Below, piece after piece: positions 20,362 to 34,165 of a stretch of DNA of 64,000 nucleotides; the stretch's first letter is position 1, and each line of letters begins with the position of its first letter. Made by a program: the position numbers and the translations under genes. This DNA comes from a virus. Its lineage: Duplodnaviria; Caudoviricetes. The notes under the pieces are model-generated. The model ran no database searches and was not told where the DNA came from. It saw only the letters and a program-made list of their open reading frames with translations. Where the stretch lies: IMG/VR virus record IMGVR_UViG_3300042196_000418, one strand, 5' to 3'.

Positions 20362-20861
20362 TGCGCAAGAAGATCAGCGAAGAGGACGCAGTGAAGATCG
20401 CCGAGCTGCGTGCTACCTATGAAGAGACCCGGCGCACCGCAGCAGTCGAACCTACTGCGGCAACACGGGCCGCCGCGAAGGAGGCATGGGCAGCGCTGGA
20501 CGCCGCGAGCCCCCGCACGGCGACGAAGACGAGCTTTGCAAGCCGCGCCGGCAAGAGACAGGACGCGCAAGGGATCCGCGCTTATCGACAGGGCCGATCG
20601 CACGCGACGAAGAAGACCCCAGCCCAGCTCAATCGCGAAATCGCCGCCGCGCTCGCGTCCGAGGACGAGGGCGTCTTCTACCTCACCGACACCAGGGAGC
20701 AGCCGCTGGAACTCGAGTTCTCATCCCGCCCCGCGGCAAAGCGCGCGGCAATGAAACTCGTACGCGAAGGCGTGCACCCCAGGGTTGAAATCTGGCACCG
20801 ATGGCACGGCGGTCGCTACATGCAGGGCCTCGCAGACGAGGACGGCTGGTCCGATGTCTAA
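20358..20861 (+). CDS. Hypothetical protein with internal AQLNREI motif
   Basis: HATKKTPAQLNREIAAAL (motif at 20610-20654). Confidence 0.7.
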   Translation: MMRKKISEEDAVKIAELRATYEETRRTAAVEPTAATRAAAKEAWAALDAASPRTATKTSFASRAGKRQDAQGIRAYRQGRSHATKKTPAQLNREIAAALASEDEGVFYLTDTREQPLELEFSSRPAAKRAAMKLVREGVHPRVEIWHRWHGGRYMQGLADEDGWSDV

Positions 20862-21882
20862 GTTACGCTACGCAAAGTTCACGCTGACCGACGGCACGCG
20901 TTTCATCCTGCGCGTCACCAGCGAGTCGCCCACCATCGTCCGAGGCTACGAGGTCAATGCCGACGGCGACGAGGTCGTTCCGCCCGGCGCCTGCAACCGG
21001 TTGCGCATCGTCGGGCGCGACTTCATCAAGAAGACCGTCGAAATGCGCATGAACAACAAGTACGCGACGCTTGAGGTCGTACCGCACGAGGCGGGCGCCA
21101 TCGCGAAGCTTGTGAACATCGTCACCGACACCGCGACGCTCGCCGAAGCGCTGTACCCAGGCAGCGGCCTTCCGACAATGAACACCGGCGTCTACGAGGG
21201 CACACGGACTCCGATCAGAAAGCTCACCGGCCGTGAGGTCGTCACGGTAGCCGGCACGACCGCGGGCGCGAAGGTCCTGTCCGACGAGACCTGGATCATC
21301 GACCGCTTCGGACCGCTCGGCGCGAGGCAGATCAAGAAGCTGCGCGAGCTCACGAAGGAAGCATTATGAGCAGAAAACTGAACTACGGCGACTTCTCGCG
21401 GACCGGCTACCAGGACTGCGCCAACGTGTTCGACACGAACAACCACAACGACGCCTGGCACCGCCTCGGCAAGCCGCGTGGGACCGGCGTCGCCATCAAG
21501 GTCGTGCGTGAGGCGTGGGGAAACGACGAGGACCAGTACGAGCAATGGCTTTCTCAGGCCGACGTCGACGAGATTCTCAAAGACGGCCTCGAACTGCGGT
21601 CCGCATATCGGGCGTGGCGTGACGCCTGGCAGGGCTGCGCGGAGAGCGCCGTGAAAGCCGACCTGAAGGAGTGGATCGCGCAAGAAGACGAAGAAGACCG
21701 ATGAAGTCCAAGGCCGATCCGCACAAGCTCATGATCGAAGGCAAAGGGCCCTCGACAATGGGCCGCTGTGCGTGCGGCACCGTCTTTCTGTCGGGTCTCG
21801 GCCGCGGCACCGAACGGCAGCAAGTCCGCGACCAGCATACCAGGCACCTCACGAACGTTGCGTGGATGGAGTCGTTGCCAAA

Positions 21883-22293
21883 ATGACCAAGACCCCTGCC
21901 CAACTAGACGCTGAGATTGCCGAAGCGCTCGGCAAGGACCGATCGACGCATCCGAACGTCATCGAATACGCCGTGCAATACCTTTTCAAGAACAAGACAC
22001 CAAAGGCTGCCGCCGCGGCCACGGCGAAGAAGCTATCCGGCGGTCCGAATATGTTCTTGGACGTGCATCCACCCGACGTTGTGAAGATCGACGTGTCCCA
22101 GCTCGAAGGCGCTGTTTGGGATCGAATGGTTGACTACACGCTCAAGGGCGTCGCCAGCTTCAAGGCCGACAAAGCACACTGGGCCCTCGACGGCGCTCTT
22201 CAACGCTTCCACCAGCGCCCGAGCCTGCGCGCAGAGCTCAAGCGCCGCGTGATCGAACGGCTTGGCCGCGATCCATTCGAGGGCCTCGAATGA
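21883..22293 (+). CDS. Hypothetical protein with N-terminal AQLDAEI motif
   Basis: MTKTPAQLDAEIAEAL; ATGA-coupled. Confidence 0.75.
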   Translation: MTKTPAQLDAEIAEALGKDRSTHPNVIEYAVQYLFKNKTPKAAAAATAKKLSGGPNMFLDVHPPDVVKIDVSQLEGAVWDRMVDYTLKGVASFKADKAHWALDGALQRFHQRPSLRAELKRRVIERLGRDPFEGLE

Positions 22294-22733
22294 CAAAGTC
22301 CGCCCAACTGGATCGGGAGATCACCGAAGCGCTAAACGGCCCCGCATGGCTGGTCTCTCAAACGAAAAAGCGCGTCGATCCGAAGTCCTTCCGCGATCTC
22401 ATCCAGAAGGCCGTCAAGTTCCCCGAGTTCAAGGCACCCTCGAAATACACGTGGGACTTGATCCGTGGCGTCCCTATCCGCGAGCTGGATCCAGGATCGA
22501 AGTTCGACTATGAGACGGATCCCGAGAGTAACGACGAGGAAGCCGGCGAGAATCTCGCGCGCTACCACCGGGTTGAAGCGCTCCTCGTCCACCAGGGAAA
22601 GAAGCCTTGGCCCATTGTCGTGGGTCAAGACGGCGCGGTGATCGACGGCCACCATCGGCTAGCCGTGCTCTCCGATCATGGAGCCGAAACGGTAGACGTC
22701 CTGTGGGTCCGGCCAAAGGGCAAGTACCGGTGA
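22290..22733 (+). CDS. ParB/Srx-like domain protein with N-terminal AQLDREI motif
   Basis: MTKSAQLDREITEAL; PIVVGQDGAVIDGHHRL. Confidence 0.75.
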   Translation: MTKSAQLDREITEALNGPAWLVSQTKKRVDPKSFRDLIQKAVKFPEFKAPSKYTWDLIRGVPIRELDPGSKFDYETDPESNDEEAGENLARYHRVEALLVHQGKKPWPIVVGQDGAVIDGHHRLAVLSDHGAETVDVLWVRPKGKYR

Positions 22734-23122
22734 CCAAGACCGCCGCCCAACTCGACGCCGAAATCGCCGAGGCCCTGCACGCCAAGGCCGTCCAATCATC
22801 AGAGGCCGCCAAGCGCCTGTCCGACGGCGTCTATGACGCCGCCGAGCACCGCGCCGCGGCCAAGGCACATCGACGCACAGCTCGACTTCACAAAGCTGAT
22901 CCGACCGGGGGCGACGCTGCGTGGCTGCACGAGCTGGCCGCGATCAATCACCGACAAGCAGCCACGGCACGTGCCTCTCGAGCACTCACGGCGGCGAACC
23001 CGGCACGGACGCAGAAGACCTTCGCCGCGTTCAAGGAGAAGCTCTCCGCCGCCAACGAGCACACGTCGATGGCCCAGGAGTACGCACGACAGGCGCTCGC
23101 CGCGGCAAAAAAGCGCCCATGA
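22730..23122 (+). CDS. Ala/His-rich helical protein with N-terminal AQLDAEI motif
   Basis: GTG start, TKTAAQLDAEIAEAL. Confidence 0.7.
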   Translation: MTKTAAQLDAEIAEALHAKAVQSSEAAKRLSDGVYDAAEHRAAAKAHRRTARLHKADPTGGDAAWLHELAAINHRQAATARASRALTAANPARTQKTFAAFKEKLSAANEHTSMAQEYARQALAAAKKRP

Positions 23123-23517
23123 GGAATGCAGGGACACCTACGATCTCGATCGCCACGCCATGGGGCGAAGCAACCGTCACGGTTGAAATCGCGTCGACAC
23201 CGGCTGAGATCGCGCGTGGTCTCATGTACCGAAATCATCTTCCGTACGATGCCGGGATGCTGTTTGTCATGGGCAGCGACGCCGTGTGGTCGTTCTACAT
23301 GCGAAACACCTTCATCCCACTCGACATGATCTTCATCACGCGTGATTTGACCGTCGCAGGCATGATTGCCAACGCTGAGCCCTGCACCAACACGCTGCGC
23401 AGCATCCACAAGCCGTCGTCGTACGTGCTGGAGGTGAACGGCGGATGGGCCGCTGCCCACCAGATCACCGCGGGCGCCAAGGTGCGTCCAGGGCACCAGG
23501 ACAAGAGGCACGGCTGA
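23119..23517 (+). CDS. DUF192 family protein
   Basis: RGLMYR, GMLF, MRNTFIPLDMIFI and YVLEVNGG. Confidence 0.85.
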   Translation: MRNAGTPTISIATPWGEATVTVEIASTPAEIARGLMYRNHLPYDAGMLFVMGSDAVWSFYMRNTFIPLDMIFITRDLTVAGMIANAEPCTNTLRSIHKPSSYVLEVNGGWAAAHQITAGAKVRPGHQDKRHG

Positions 23518-24643
23518 ACATGCAAGAGCGGCGTTTAGAAGAGCGTGAAGTTTTTGAAGACGTAACGACTGAATGGGGTCCTGCGTGGGAACAGCCAGCA
23601 GGTTCGCGTTACTGGAACGAAGCCGACTGGCGAGCTTACGTCCGACAGCGCAACGCCGAGTTGAAAGCAAAAGGATCCTATACGCGTGTCCGAAGCGTGC
23701 CGGTGAACGAGTAACCTACCGCACAAACATCAAGGCGAGGACGAAGAACACATGAGCGATCCGATACGCAACATCATGGGTGACGGCTTTATCGAGCTGC
23801 GTTGTTGCGGGCAGATCGCTGGCTTCGTGAACGCGCGCCTGTTCACCCCGGAAACGAACGAGCGCTTCTGTGCGATCCAGCAAAGTCTTGGCAAGGCATG
23901 GGAAGAAGACGCCGAGGTCAGGACATTGCTGTCAGATCCCCGCCTCCTACGGACCCCCGGCTGACGGCACGCCAATCCTGTTTCCGTGCGGTACATGTGG
24001 TGCGCAATTCGCCTGGGCCGGTGGCAGACCCGTCCAGATCTCGTCGACGTGATCCCCGTGCAGTCCCCTGTCAAATCCCACTATCCAACCAAGTAGACTC
24101 CCCATTGATGCCCGCTTGCTCCAACCCTCCGAACCGACCACCACGCGAAGTGATCGATCGCCTGATCGACTCCATCGCGTGGGCGAAGACCTGCATGCTC
24201 CTCGCCGCGGCAACGGCGCCGAAAACGCCCGCGCGAGAGCACGAGCTGGAGAAGCTCCGTAAAGCCGTCATCGAACCACGACGCGACGTCGACGCTGTCT
24301 TCAACCAAGGGAAGTCCCTGCCGCGCGAGCTGCTCATCGAGCTGCGGACGTGCGAGCTGGCGATCCCGAAGCTTGAGACAGGCGCTGTGCTCCGGCAGAC
24401 AACCGAAGGCACGCCATGAAAACCCGCGAGCTGCGACGGCAATGCGAACGGTTCACCGCACGCGTGATCGCAGAGGGCGCCAACCCTGACGAGCTCGCCG
24501 GTCTCATGATCGGATCGCTGATGCGCATCATGCGCGACCGCGGCGTCTCGCGAGAGCTATACCTGCAAGCGTGCGCGCTGCTGTGGGACAACAACAACCC
24601 GACCGATGTCCCCGTGGACGAAGAAGAGCGGGGGAGCTGACCG

Positions 24644-25762
24644 ATGCAGGACCTTTACGCGGTGCTCGGTGTCGAGCGAGCAGCATCCCAGGCCGACCTC
24701 AAGAAGGCGTACCGAAAACTCGCGCAGCAGTACCACCCCGATCACCACCCGGGTGACAAAAGCGCCGAGGACAAGTTCAAGGAAGCTGCGAACGCCTACC
24801 ACATCCTCTCGGACGACGAGAAACGTGCCGCCTACGATCGCTGGGGCCACGACGGCCTACGCCGCGGCGGCGGTGGAGCTGGTCCAGGCCCCGGCCCAGG
24901 AGGATTCGGCGGCGGCTTCGAGAACGTTGAGGATATCTTCTCCGCGTTCGGCGATCTATTCGGCGATTTCTTCGCGGGGCGTGGGAGAGCGCGACAGGCA
25001 GGGCGCGGCGCCGATCTCAGCGTCGATCTGTCGATCGCGTTTCACGAGGCCGTGTGGGGTGTGCGAAAGAGCGTCGAGATCACGCGATCGGTTGGCTGCT
25101 CGACGTGCCGCGGGACTGGCGCAGCAAACGGCGTTAGACCAGAAGTCTGCCGCGGATGCCAGGGTAAGGGCCAAGTCACCCACCCCCAGGGTTTCTTCAT
25201 GGTGCAGACGACGTGCGCGCAGTGTCAGGGCGCTGGCAAAACGATCAAAGATCCCTGCCGTGACTGCCGTGGTCGCGCGATCCGGTCGGAGACCTCGACG
25301 CTGACCGTGACCGTGCCGGCCGGCGTCGACAAAGGGCAGACACTTCGCATCGCCGGCAAGGGCGAGAGCCTCCCTGGCGGCACCCCGGGCGACCTCTACG
25401 TCATACTGCTCGTCGCCGAGGACAAGCGCTTCGAGCGTGACGGCAACGACATTATCAGCGAGGTGCCCATCAGCTTCTTCCAAGCCGCGCTCGGCGGCGA
25501 GATCGAGGTCGACACACTCGACGAGGGTTGTGAAGGAACTGCGATCCTCGAGCTACGGCCCGGGACACAACCCGGAGACGAGATCGTGCGCCGCGGCCAA
25601 GGCATCCAGCACGTGACCGACCACGGTCGCGGCGACCACTACATCCGCTTCTCCATCGAGATTCCCAAGAAGCTGACCTCCAAGCAGGAGAAACTCCTGC
25701 GCGAGTTAGCAGCAGATTTCGGTGAGGATCGATCACGCCCCAAGAAGAAGGCGAAACGGTGA
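24644..25762 (+). CDS. dnaJ: Chaperone DnaJ (full-length class A)
   Basis: J domain with HPD, G/F linker, four CxxCxGxG-type repeats and C-terminal domain. Confidence 0.95.
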   Translation: MQDLYAVLGVERAASQADLKKAYRKLAQQYHPDHHPGDKSAEDKFKEAANAYHILSDDEKRAAYDRWGHDGLRRGGGGAGPGPGPGGFGGGFENVEDIFSAFGDLFGDFFAGRGRARQAGRGADLSVDLSIAFHEAVWGVRKSVEITRSVGCSTCRGTGAANGVRPEVCRGCQGKGQVTHPQGFFMVQTTCAQCQGAGKTIKDPCRDCRGRAIRSETSTLTVTVPAGVDKGQTLRIAGKGESLPGGTPGDLYVILLVAEDKRFERDGNDIISEVPISFFQAALGGEIEVDTLDEGCEGTAILELRPGTQPGDEIVRRGQGIQHVTDHGRGDHYIRFSIEIPKKLTSKQEKLLRELAADFGEDRSRPKKKAKR

Positions 25763-26615
25763 AGAGCGATCCCGCTTGGCCGTCACCGCCAACGCTACGT
25801 CGCATGTTGTACTGGGGTGACGGTCTCAGCGGCCGACCTCACGATCACGTGCGTCACGACATTCCCGACGTTCATCGCCGCTCGATCACACTCGTCTTGG
25901 AGCACGGAAACGACGCGCATCCAGCGACGCAGGCGATGGGTTGGGCGGACTGTCGCATCTGTGGAGCGAAGCTCGGATCGCGGGATATAACCGCATTCGG
26001 TTTCGTCTGGCCCGAGAAGGCCGAACACTATCTCCTCGCGCATCACGTGTGGACACCGGAGTGCGCGGAGCTTCTTCAAGAAGTCCTGCGCAGAGCACCG
26101 CCATGACAGCGCGCGGAATATGCGAACGCTGTGGCGTGACGGTCATCGGATCTCGTGCCGATCGCCGTGTGTGGGCACACTGCATCTGCGTCGGGTGCCT
26201 GCCGCCACCGAAACCATTGCCTCTGATTTACGCTGGCAAGTTTCGTCAAGCGAAGAGGGATTCGTGACCTCGCAACCTGACTACTGGATGGACGGGACCA
26301 CGGTCGTCGAGTTTCGATCTGGCGTCCGCGTGCTGCACATCTCCACCTGCACGGCGCTTTGTGGCCTGCCAGGTTGTCCCCAGAGCGAGAGCTGCCGGAG
26401 CTACTTCATCTATCAGCTACGCTTCCACGGCGACGGATCCCGCGAATGGCGTCGCGCCAGTTCCGCCGGCATACCTCGCGATCAAGCGATCGCAGAGGCC
26501 AGCCGACGCGCCATCGACGCAGAGGCGTTCGCAGATCATCGACCTGAAGATCGCGCCGCGATCGATCACTGGAACGCGGAGGGATGCCCATGATCGCAGA
26601 GCGGCCGGTGAACGC

Positions 26616-27248
26616 GTGAGCCAGGACGAGCGCCGCGCCAAGCGCGCGGGCAAGGTCGTGCTCCAGCTCTACCGGGACAACGCTTCGTACGTCGCCGAGT
26701 CCGCCGAGAGCTTGGGAGTGACCTGCAAGGAGGGCTGTGCGCACTGCTGCATGCTGCCCGCGACCGCCACGGTCCCCGAGATGGTTCCCATCGTCGAGTA
26801 CCTCGCGAGCCGTTGCGACTGGGATCGTCGCCGCCCTGCGCTCGAGCGCGAGCTGGCGCATCAGCTCTCCGAGTACGCGGGAGTCAACGTCCTCGACGAG
26901 CGCGAGCGTGACGCCTTCTTCAAGCGCCAGCTCCCCTGCGCGTTCCTGAAAGACAAGCGCTGCGAGATCTACGCGGTGAGGCCCGCCGTGTGCCGCTATC
27001 ACATGGTGGTATCACCGCCTGAGAACTGCGCACTCGGCGCAGGAGATCCCATCGTCGCCCGCGTTGACTTTCGCAAGATCGAAGCCACGGTCGCGGTCCA
27101 CGCAGCACAGGCGTTCGGCGAGCTCACGGGAGGCCCGATCGCCCTCGCGTTCGTGCTCGCGGCCCAGGTCCTCGGCGTCAAGCTCAACGTCGATCGCGAG
27201 CTGGTACGTCGCGTGACGAAGGTCAACATCGAGGTGAAACCGTCGTGA
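26616..27248 (+). CDS. YkgJ-family Cys-cluster (Fe-S/Zn) protein
   Basis: CKEGCAHCC and CAFLKDKRCEIYAVRPAVCR. Confidence 0.85.
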   Translation: MSQDERRAKRAGKVVLQLYRDNASYVAESAESLGVTCKEGCAHCCMLPATATVPEMVPIVEYLASRCDWDRRRPALERELAHQLSEYAGVNVLDERERDAFFKRQLPCAFLKDKRCEIYAVRPAVCRYHMVVSPPENCALGAGDPIVARVDFRKIEATVAVHAAQAFGELTGGPIALAFVLAAQVLGVKLNVDRELVRRVTKVNIEVKPS

Positions 27249-28461
27249 AACTACTGCGGCGACTGCTCTGCGCGTTCACGTGGCACTCGTGGGTACCCCT
27301 GGTGGTCGAGGCGCGCTTGCTCTGCCAGTGCTCATTCTGCGGGACCCGGCGCTGGATCACGCTCTCGTGTTTCGACAAACGATCGTAAGATCTGCCATGA
27401 CCCTGGAACAAAAAACCCTCGTGGACGCGGCCCTACATCGTTACGGCGCGCATCTCACCGAAGACAACTTCATTGCGAAAGGTCCCAAAGTGATGAGCGT
27501 GCACGTCGATGTACAGAAGGGTCGACTGCGCATGCTCGGAGGAACCTCGGTGCTGGCCAGCTATCCTGCCGCCCGCATCGAGAAGGGTGTCGGTGACTTC
27601 GTCCAGAAGTTCTGGTTTTGGAAACCTGCATGACACGACCGAAGATGCGCGAACGCGCGCTTGCCGTGACATGTCCGACGTGCGAAGCACCGCCTGGCCA
27701 GAGCTGCGGCGGAAACTTCATGGGTCGACCCGACGTTCACCCAAAGCGCATCGTGCTGGCCGATCGGACGTATCCGCGATGAGAACACTTGCAGTCAAGA
27801 TCGGAGATCCGTAGGGTGAGCGTCGTGGTCGTGACGACAATCTCCTGCGACGCGGCGATCTTGCGCTGCTCGAGCTGCCAGGCAGAAGTCGCCACCGCGT
27901 CAGCTGTGTCCGATGTCGACTGCCGGCTGTGCAACGGCACCATGCAGTTCGCTCATCGCTGCGAGACCGGCTTCTCGCTGCACAAGGACAGCATCTTGAT
28001 CCGCTGCATCGCCGAGAACAAAGACGGCTGGTGTTGCGAGGCTCGCGGAGGTCGCGACTTCTGCCCCGCGCATATCCACCTCGCGAATCCAGCCCGCGTC
28101 TCGCAGCCGACGCCACGTGCGATCGGCGACCGATGAAACTCCGCGCACGCTGGCACGGTTCGCCGCCGCGCGTCGGCGACTACCTGGCAAGTCCCACGAG
28201 GCCACGCTTCGCGTACCACGTTCGCGGCGTTGCTTGCGTCGACTCGCTCGTGCGCTGGGATCCTGTGCAAAAGGCAGAGCTGCGCCGTCTCGCCATCGAA
28301 GTCGATCGCGTACCTATCGCTGAGCTGCCAGCTGCGGCACGCGTTCACGCTTGGCGCTGGGACGCGCGCACGTCGAAAAGAGATCTCACGCACTTACGAG
28401 CTGACGCGTTGCCACGCTGACCTCGGTCAGTTTCTGGCGGAAGATCGCCCACCAGGGCTAG

Positions 28462-30163
<1,702 letters not shown>

Positions 30164-30167
<4 letters not shown>

Positions 30168-31693
30168 GCTTCTTCCGCCGCGCTGGCGCGCTCATCGCGC
30201 GCTTCTTCACCTCCACTGCTGATCCAGGGGCAGCCGCTGGAGAGTTTCAGCTCTACAGCAAGGGCGACGGGGGCGGCGTCACGCAGTTGTTCGGGCAGTC
30301 TGATGACGGCACGGTGCATCAGATCACGCCATCGGCTGCCGGCGATAGCACCTGCTTGGTCTTCAAGCCCGGCAGTGGTGAGACCGGCCCGGTCATCTTC
30401 GATACGTGGGCTGGGTTGTACGCGCAGCTCACGACATTGCGTGCCACTGCGAACGGCGGTGGCTGCTACACGATCCAGTTCGACAGCTCGACGGCTGCCG
30501 ACTTCTTCGGGACAACGATCCCGGCTGGCGCGTACGACATGACGGGCGTCTCCTGGGAGGGCACGAATGTCGGGAACGCGATCGGCGGTACGCCACCCAC
30601 GGCGGCCGTGATCGCGGAAGGCGCGACGTTCACGGGCGGTCCGCTTCGTTTCGAAGCATTGCTCTTGTTCTCTCGCGCCACGGCCACGCCGCCCTTCACG
30701 ATCACGAACACGGCGACGGATACAGTCGAGCTGATCAACGTGATCATTCAAACCGAGACGTCACCAATTCCGGTGTTCAATGTATCAGGTGGTGGGTTTC
30801 TACAGCTCCATCTCACGTTCACCGACTTTGCCGGCGGTACCGGGAAACCTACGCTTGAAGTGGGAGCGTCCAGCGCTGCAAATCTTCGACTGGGACCTGG
30901 AGCAGTCGTCGAAGCAAATGCCTTCATCACGACGGGCGACGGCGGAATCGGTATCACGCTCGACGCCTCGACAGCGAACTACAGTGAGGATCAACCGTTA
31001 GCGACCGGCGCAGCAATCGCACCCGACGGCGACGTGAATGACACGATCACTCGTCACTTCACGACGGACGTCCAGGTCGCCAACGCTGACGTCTTCCCGC
31101 AGCAGCTCGCCCTGTTCAATGCTTCAGGGGGTTCACTGCCCGTTGCCCAGCTTCCGCAAGCGCTGCTCAGCGACAACCGTTACAAATGGGTACTGATCAA
31201 GGAGACGTCTGGTCAGCCGTCTTCGAGCGCTGACGGCAGCATGGGTGTCGTGATCCAGCCGTTCGCGGGGGATTCGATCGACGGCGTTCCAGGTGCTGCG
31301 TTGCTTCTGCCCGGAGCGCAGGTCGCATATCTCTCGCGCGGTAACGGCAACTGGAACTCAGCCTGGAAGACTGCGGGCGTTCCCGAGAAGGTCTTCGCGA
31401 GCGTCGTAATCAATCCGAACGGCGGTGTCGAGCAGCGCGTCGCCTTCTTCAACGTCGGTGCCGTGACCAAGAACGGCAACGGCGACTGGACGCTCACGTT
31501 CAGCAATCCGTTCCCGACCGGCTACTTTCCGATCGTCACGTTTGGATTCCGTGATCAGGGGTTGGTCTTCGGCAACTACGTCTTGATCGATAACTCCAGC
31601 ATCGAAATCCTCACGTACAACGCTGCCGGCGTGCTCACGGATCCCAATTACGTCAATGTCGTGGTGCATCTCGCACCGGAGCTCGTTGATTGA
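30164..31693 (+). CDS. Fibre/appendage-like protein 2 (shared N-module)
   Basis: Same N-module; G/T/A-rich beta body; IQPFAGDSIDG and VTKNGNGDWTLTF segments like those in phage fibres. Confidence 0.65.
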
Positions 31694-32820
31694 TGAGCTT
31701 CTTCCGTCGAGCCGGCGCACTCATTGCGCGTTTCTTCACATCAGCTGCTGATCCGGGTGCTGCCGTTGGAGAGTTCCAGCTCTACAGCAAGGGCGACGGG
31801 GGCGGCGTCACGCAGTTGTTCGGGCAGTCTGATGACGGAACGGTGCATCAGATCACGCCGGCCGCGGGCGGCGGCGGTTTGCAGTACGCCTTCGTGTACC
31901 AACCGGGCGGCGTTCCGCACGACAACGTCTATGACGACTGGACAGTGCTGGTCTCCGCAATGAGCGCAATCAGTGGCCCGAAGTTGCTCCAGTTCGACGA
32001 TCAGTTCGGCACGCTATCGGTTCCCGTCGGCACATGGGACATGACGAGCACCGTATGGGAAGGCGTCGATAAGGGGCCGACGCTTGCGCTGGGCTCGACG
32101 ACAGTCCTGTTCGACGATGGCGCGGTGATTACGCGGCTGCGTACGGTCCGAGGGCTACACCTCCAGTGTCTCGGAGCGACGGCCATCAACGATCTTGACG
32201 ATGGGGACATCTTCATCCTCGACGACTACTCTGTCATCGGCGGTGACGACTTCCCCGTGATCAGCCTGGCCGGCATCGGGCTATTCAAGACCGCTACGAT
32301 CTGCGTCCGTCACGGCTCCCAAGTGCTTCAGCAGGAGATAGCGATCACGGATCTCACGCAGACCTTGGTCATCGAAGTGGACAAGTTCTCGCTGCTCGAA
32401 TCGAACACCATATCCAACGGCTTCTCAGGTACCGGCACCCTCGTCATTCACAGCCAAGGTTCGACGCTGAGCGCGCCCGCGCTGCAAAGTTTCTTTGCTG
32501 GCATTGTGCAGCTACGCTACGACATCAGCGGCTTCAACCCGGTAGCGGACCAAACGCCACTGGCGCTTGATCCCGGCATGGTTGCCTACTACACGCTCGG
32601 CGCGGCCAGCACGATCGTCAACCTGCCTGTGGCATCGTGGCACCCCGGCGCGATGATCATCGTGAAGAATTCGTCGTCGTCCCCAAATCCGATCGTGATC
32701 ACGCCGACCGCGCCCGACACGATCGACGGTGCGGTGGACTACACCATCACGGTCGCGCAAGGTTCAGCGATCGTGGTCTCAGATGGCGTCTCGAATTGGA
32801 TGATCGTGTCAAAGACCTAA
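31693..32820 (+). CDS. Fibre/appendage-like protein 3 (shared N-module)
   Basis: Same N-module; C-terminal LP...IIVKN...DTIDG...SDGVSNW module. Confidence 0.65.
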   Translation: MSFFRRAGALIARFFTSAADPGAAVGEFQLYSKGDGGGVTQLFGQSDDGTVHQITPAAGGGGLQYAFVYQPGGVPHDNVYDDWTVLVSAMSAISGPKLLQFDDQFGTLSVPVGTWDMTSTVWEGVDKGPTLALGSTTVLFDDGAVITRLRTVRGLHLQCLGATAINDLDDGDIFILDDYSVIGGDDFPVISLAGIGLFKTATICVRHGSQVLQQEIAITDLTQTLVIEVDKFSLLESNTISNGFSGTGTLVIHSQGSTLSAPALQSFFAGIVQLRYDISGFNPVADQTPLALDPGMVAYYTLGAASTIVNLPVASWHPGAMIIVKNSSSSPNPIVITPTAPDTIDGAVDYTITVAQGSAIVVSDGVSNWMIVSKT

Positions 32821-32846
32821 CGTCACTCCACGGCGACGAAGAGAAC

Positions 32847-33338
32847 ATGATCAATAAGCCCCTCGAGTTCTGTACACACCTTGCCCGCGCGATCCGCGCA
32901 AACGTGAAGACGACCACGTGGAAGCCACTGTCCCCCGCAGACCAGGAACGTCGTGCAGCGGGCTATACGAGTCCGAACGTGCCATTCCCTGCGGGATCGG
33001 TGTCACCGCTGATGGAGCCGTGGGGCTACGTGAATGGCAAGATCACGTTCGCCTCTTCATTCGCGCCGGACACTGCGACCGGACCCTCAACGCCACCACC
33101 TGGATGGCGTCCGATGCGGGGAACACGCTGGGAAAAGTCACTGCTCATCAGCTCATGTGACCTCGTCCAGCTCTCGACGATCACCGAGGAGAAGGCACGC
33201 CTCACAGGAACGAACCCTCCCGAAGGCTCGACGTACCTTGCCGAGTTCGAACGGCAGTGGCGTGCTGCCTACCGTGGAGCGCAGGCGTGGGACAGCGATC
33301 CGTACTGCTGGTTGATCGCGTTCACGCTCGCCGTATAG
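32847..33338 (+). CDS. ASCH/PUA-like phage protein
   Basis: C-terminal LSTITEEKARLTG...F..QW...WDSDPYCWLIAF pattern. Confidence 0.55.
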   Translation: MINKPLEFCTHLARAIRANVKTTTWKPLSPADQERRAAGYTSPNVPFPAGSVSPLMEPWGYVNGKITFASSFAPDTATGPSTPPPGWRPMRGTRWEKSLLISSCDLVQLSTITEEKARLTGTNPPEGSTYLAEFERQWRAAYRGAQAWDSDPYCWLIAFTLAV

Positions 33339-34165
33339 CACTGCAAGAGCCCGCAATCCCTCCAACGTGGTGACTTAGCGGTCGGCCTCGTCTGTTCAAG
33401 GCAGCGAGGTGCGGAAACGGTCGGCGACGCTGCCCTCTATCTACCAGCGAATCTCCCAGCCACCTGGTGCCCAGCCCTGGCGCACGATCGCCGCGACGCA
33501 CTGATCCTTTGCATCTCGCAGCGACGAGCACTCACTGTTCTCACCGCCCGTGCCGCGGTCGTCCCACGTATGCCACGTAAACCGATCTTCACTGTTCTGC
33601 CAAATCGTGGCTCGTTCGCGACCGCGACCGTCGAGGAGATCCCACTGCCGTTGCAGTCCGAGATGCGGAGCGATGGATCGATCGACCCAGCGCCACGACT
33701 TGATCACGAACGCCCCTGATGCTTCTCGATCGCGCGTGCCAGCCCGCGGATACGCGAGAGCGTGAGCCGCAGTCGACCGCCCGGGCTCCACCTCGAGTGC
33801 GAGTCCCTCGGGCCACGCGCGATACCACTCATCACACCCTCACAGCGAGGGCTTCCTTTCGAGTTCGCCGTCCGCGTCGAGTTCGTTCACGAGCCGGAAC
33901 AGCTCGCGGTACGCAACCTCGCGACCCGTCGCGCTGCTCTGGACCTCAAGAGAGGTGTACTTCTTGACCTGGTCAGCGAGCATAACGAGCGCCTCAAGCA
34001 CGGTCGAGTACGCGGTCTTGTCGTGCGGGATGTCGTGCTGGAACCGGTCCGACTCGACGACCTGGCGCGCGGTCTTGATGATGTTATGCAAACGCTCGTT
34101 CATCGTATCTCCGTTGAAGTTAACCGAACAGCTCACGCATTCTTCTCACATGCATCGGCACTCAG

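Noticed and set aside
11269-22733. ParABS partition system
   Set aside because: Both ParB-like proteins are short N-domain-only proteins without an HTH, and no parA is present.
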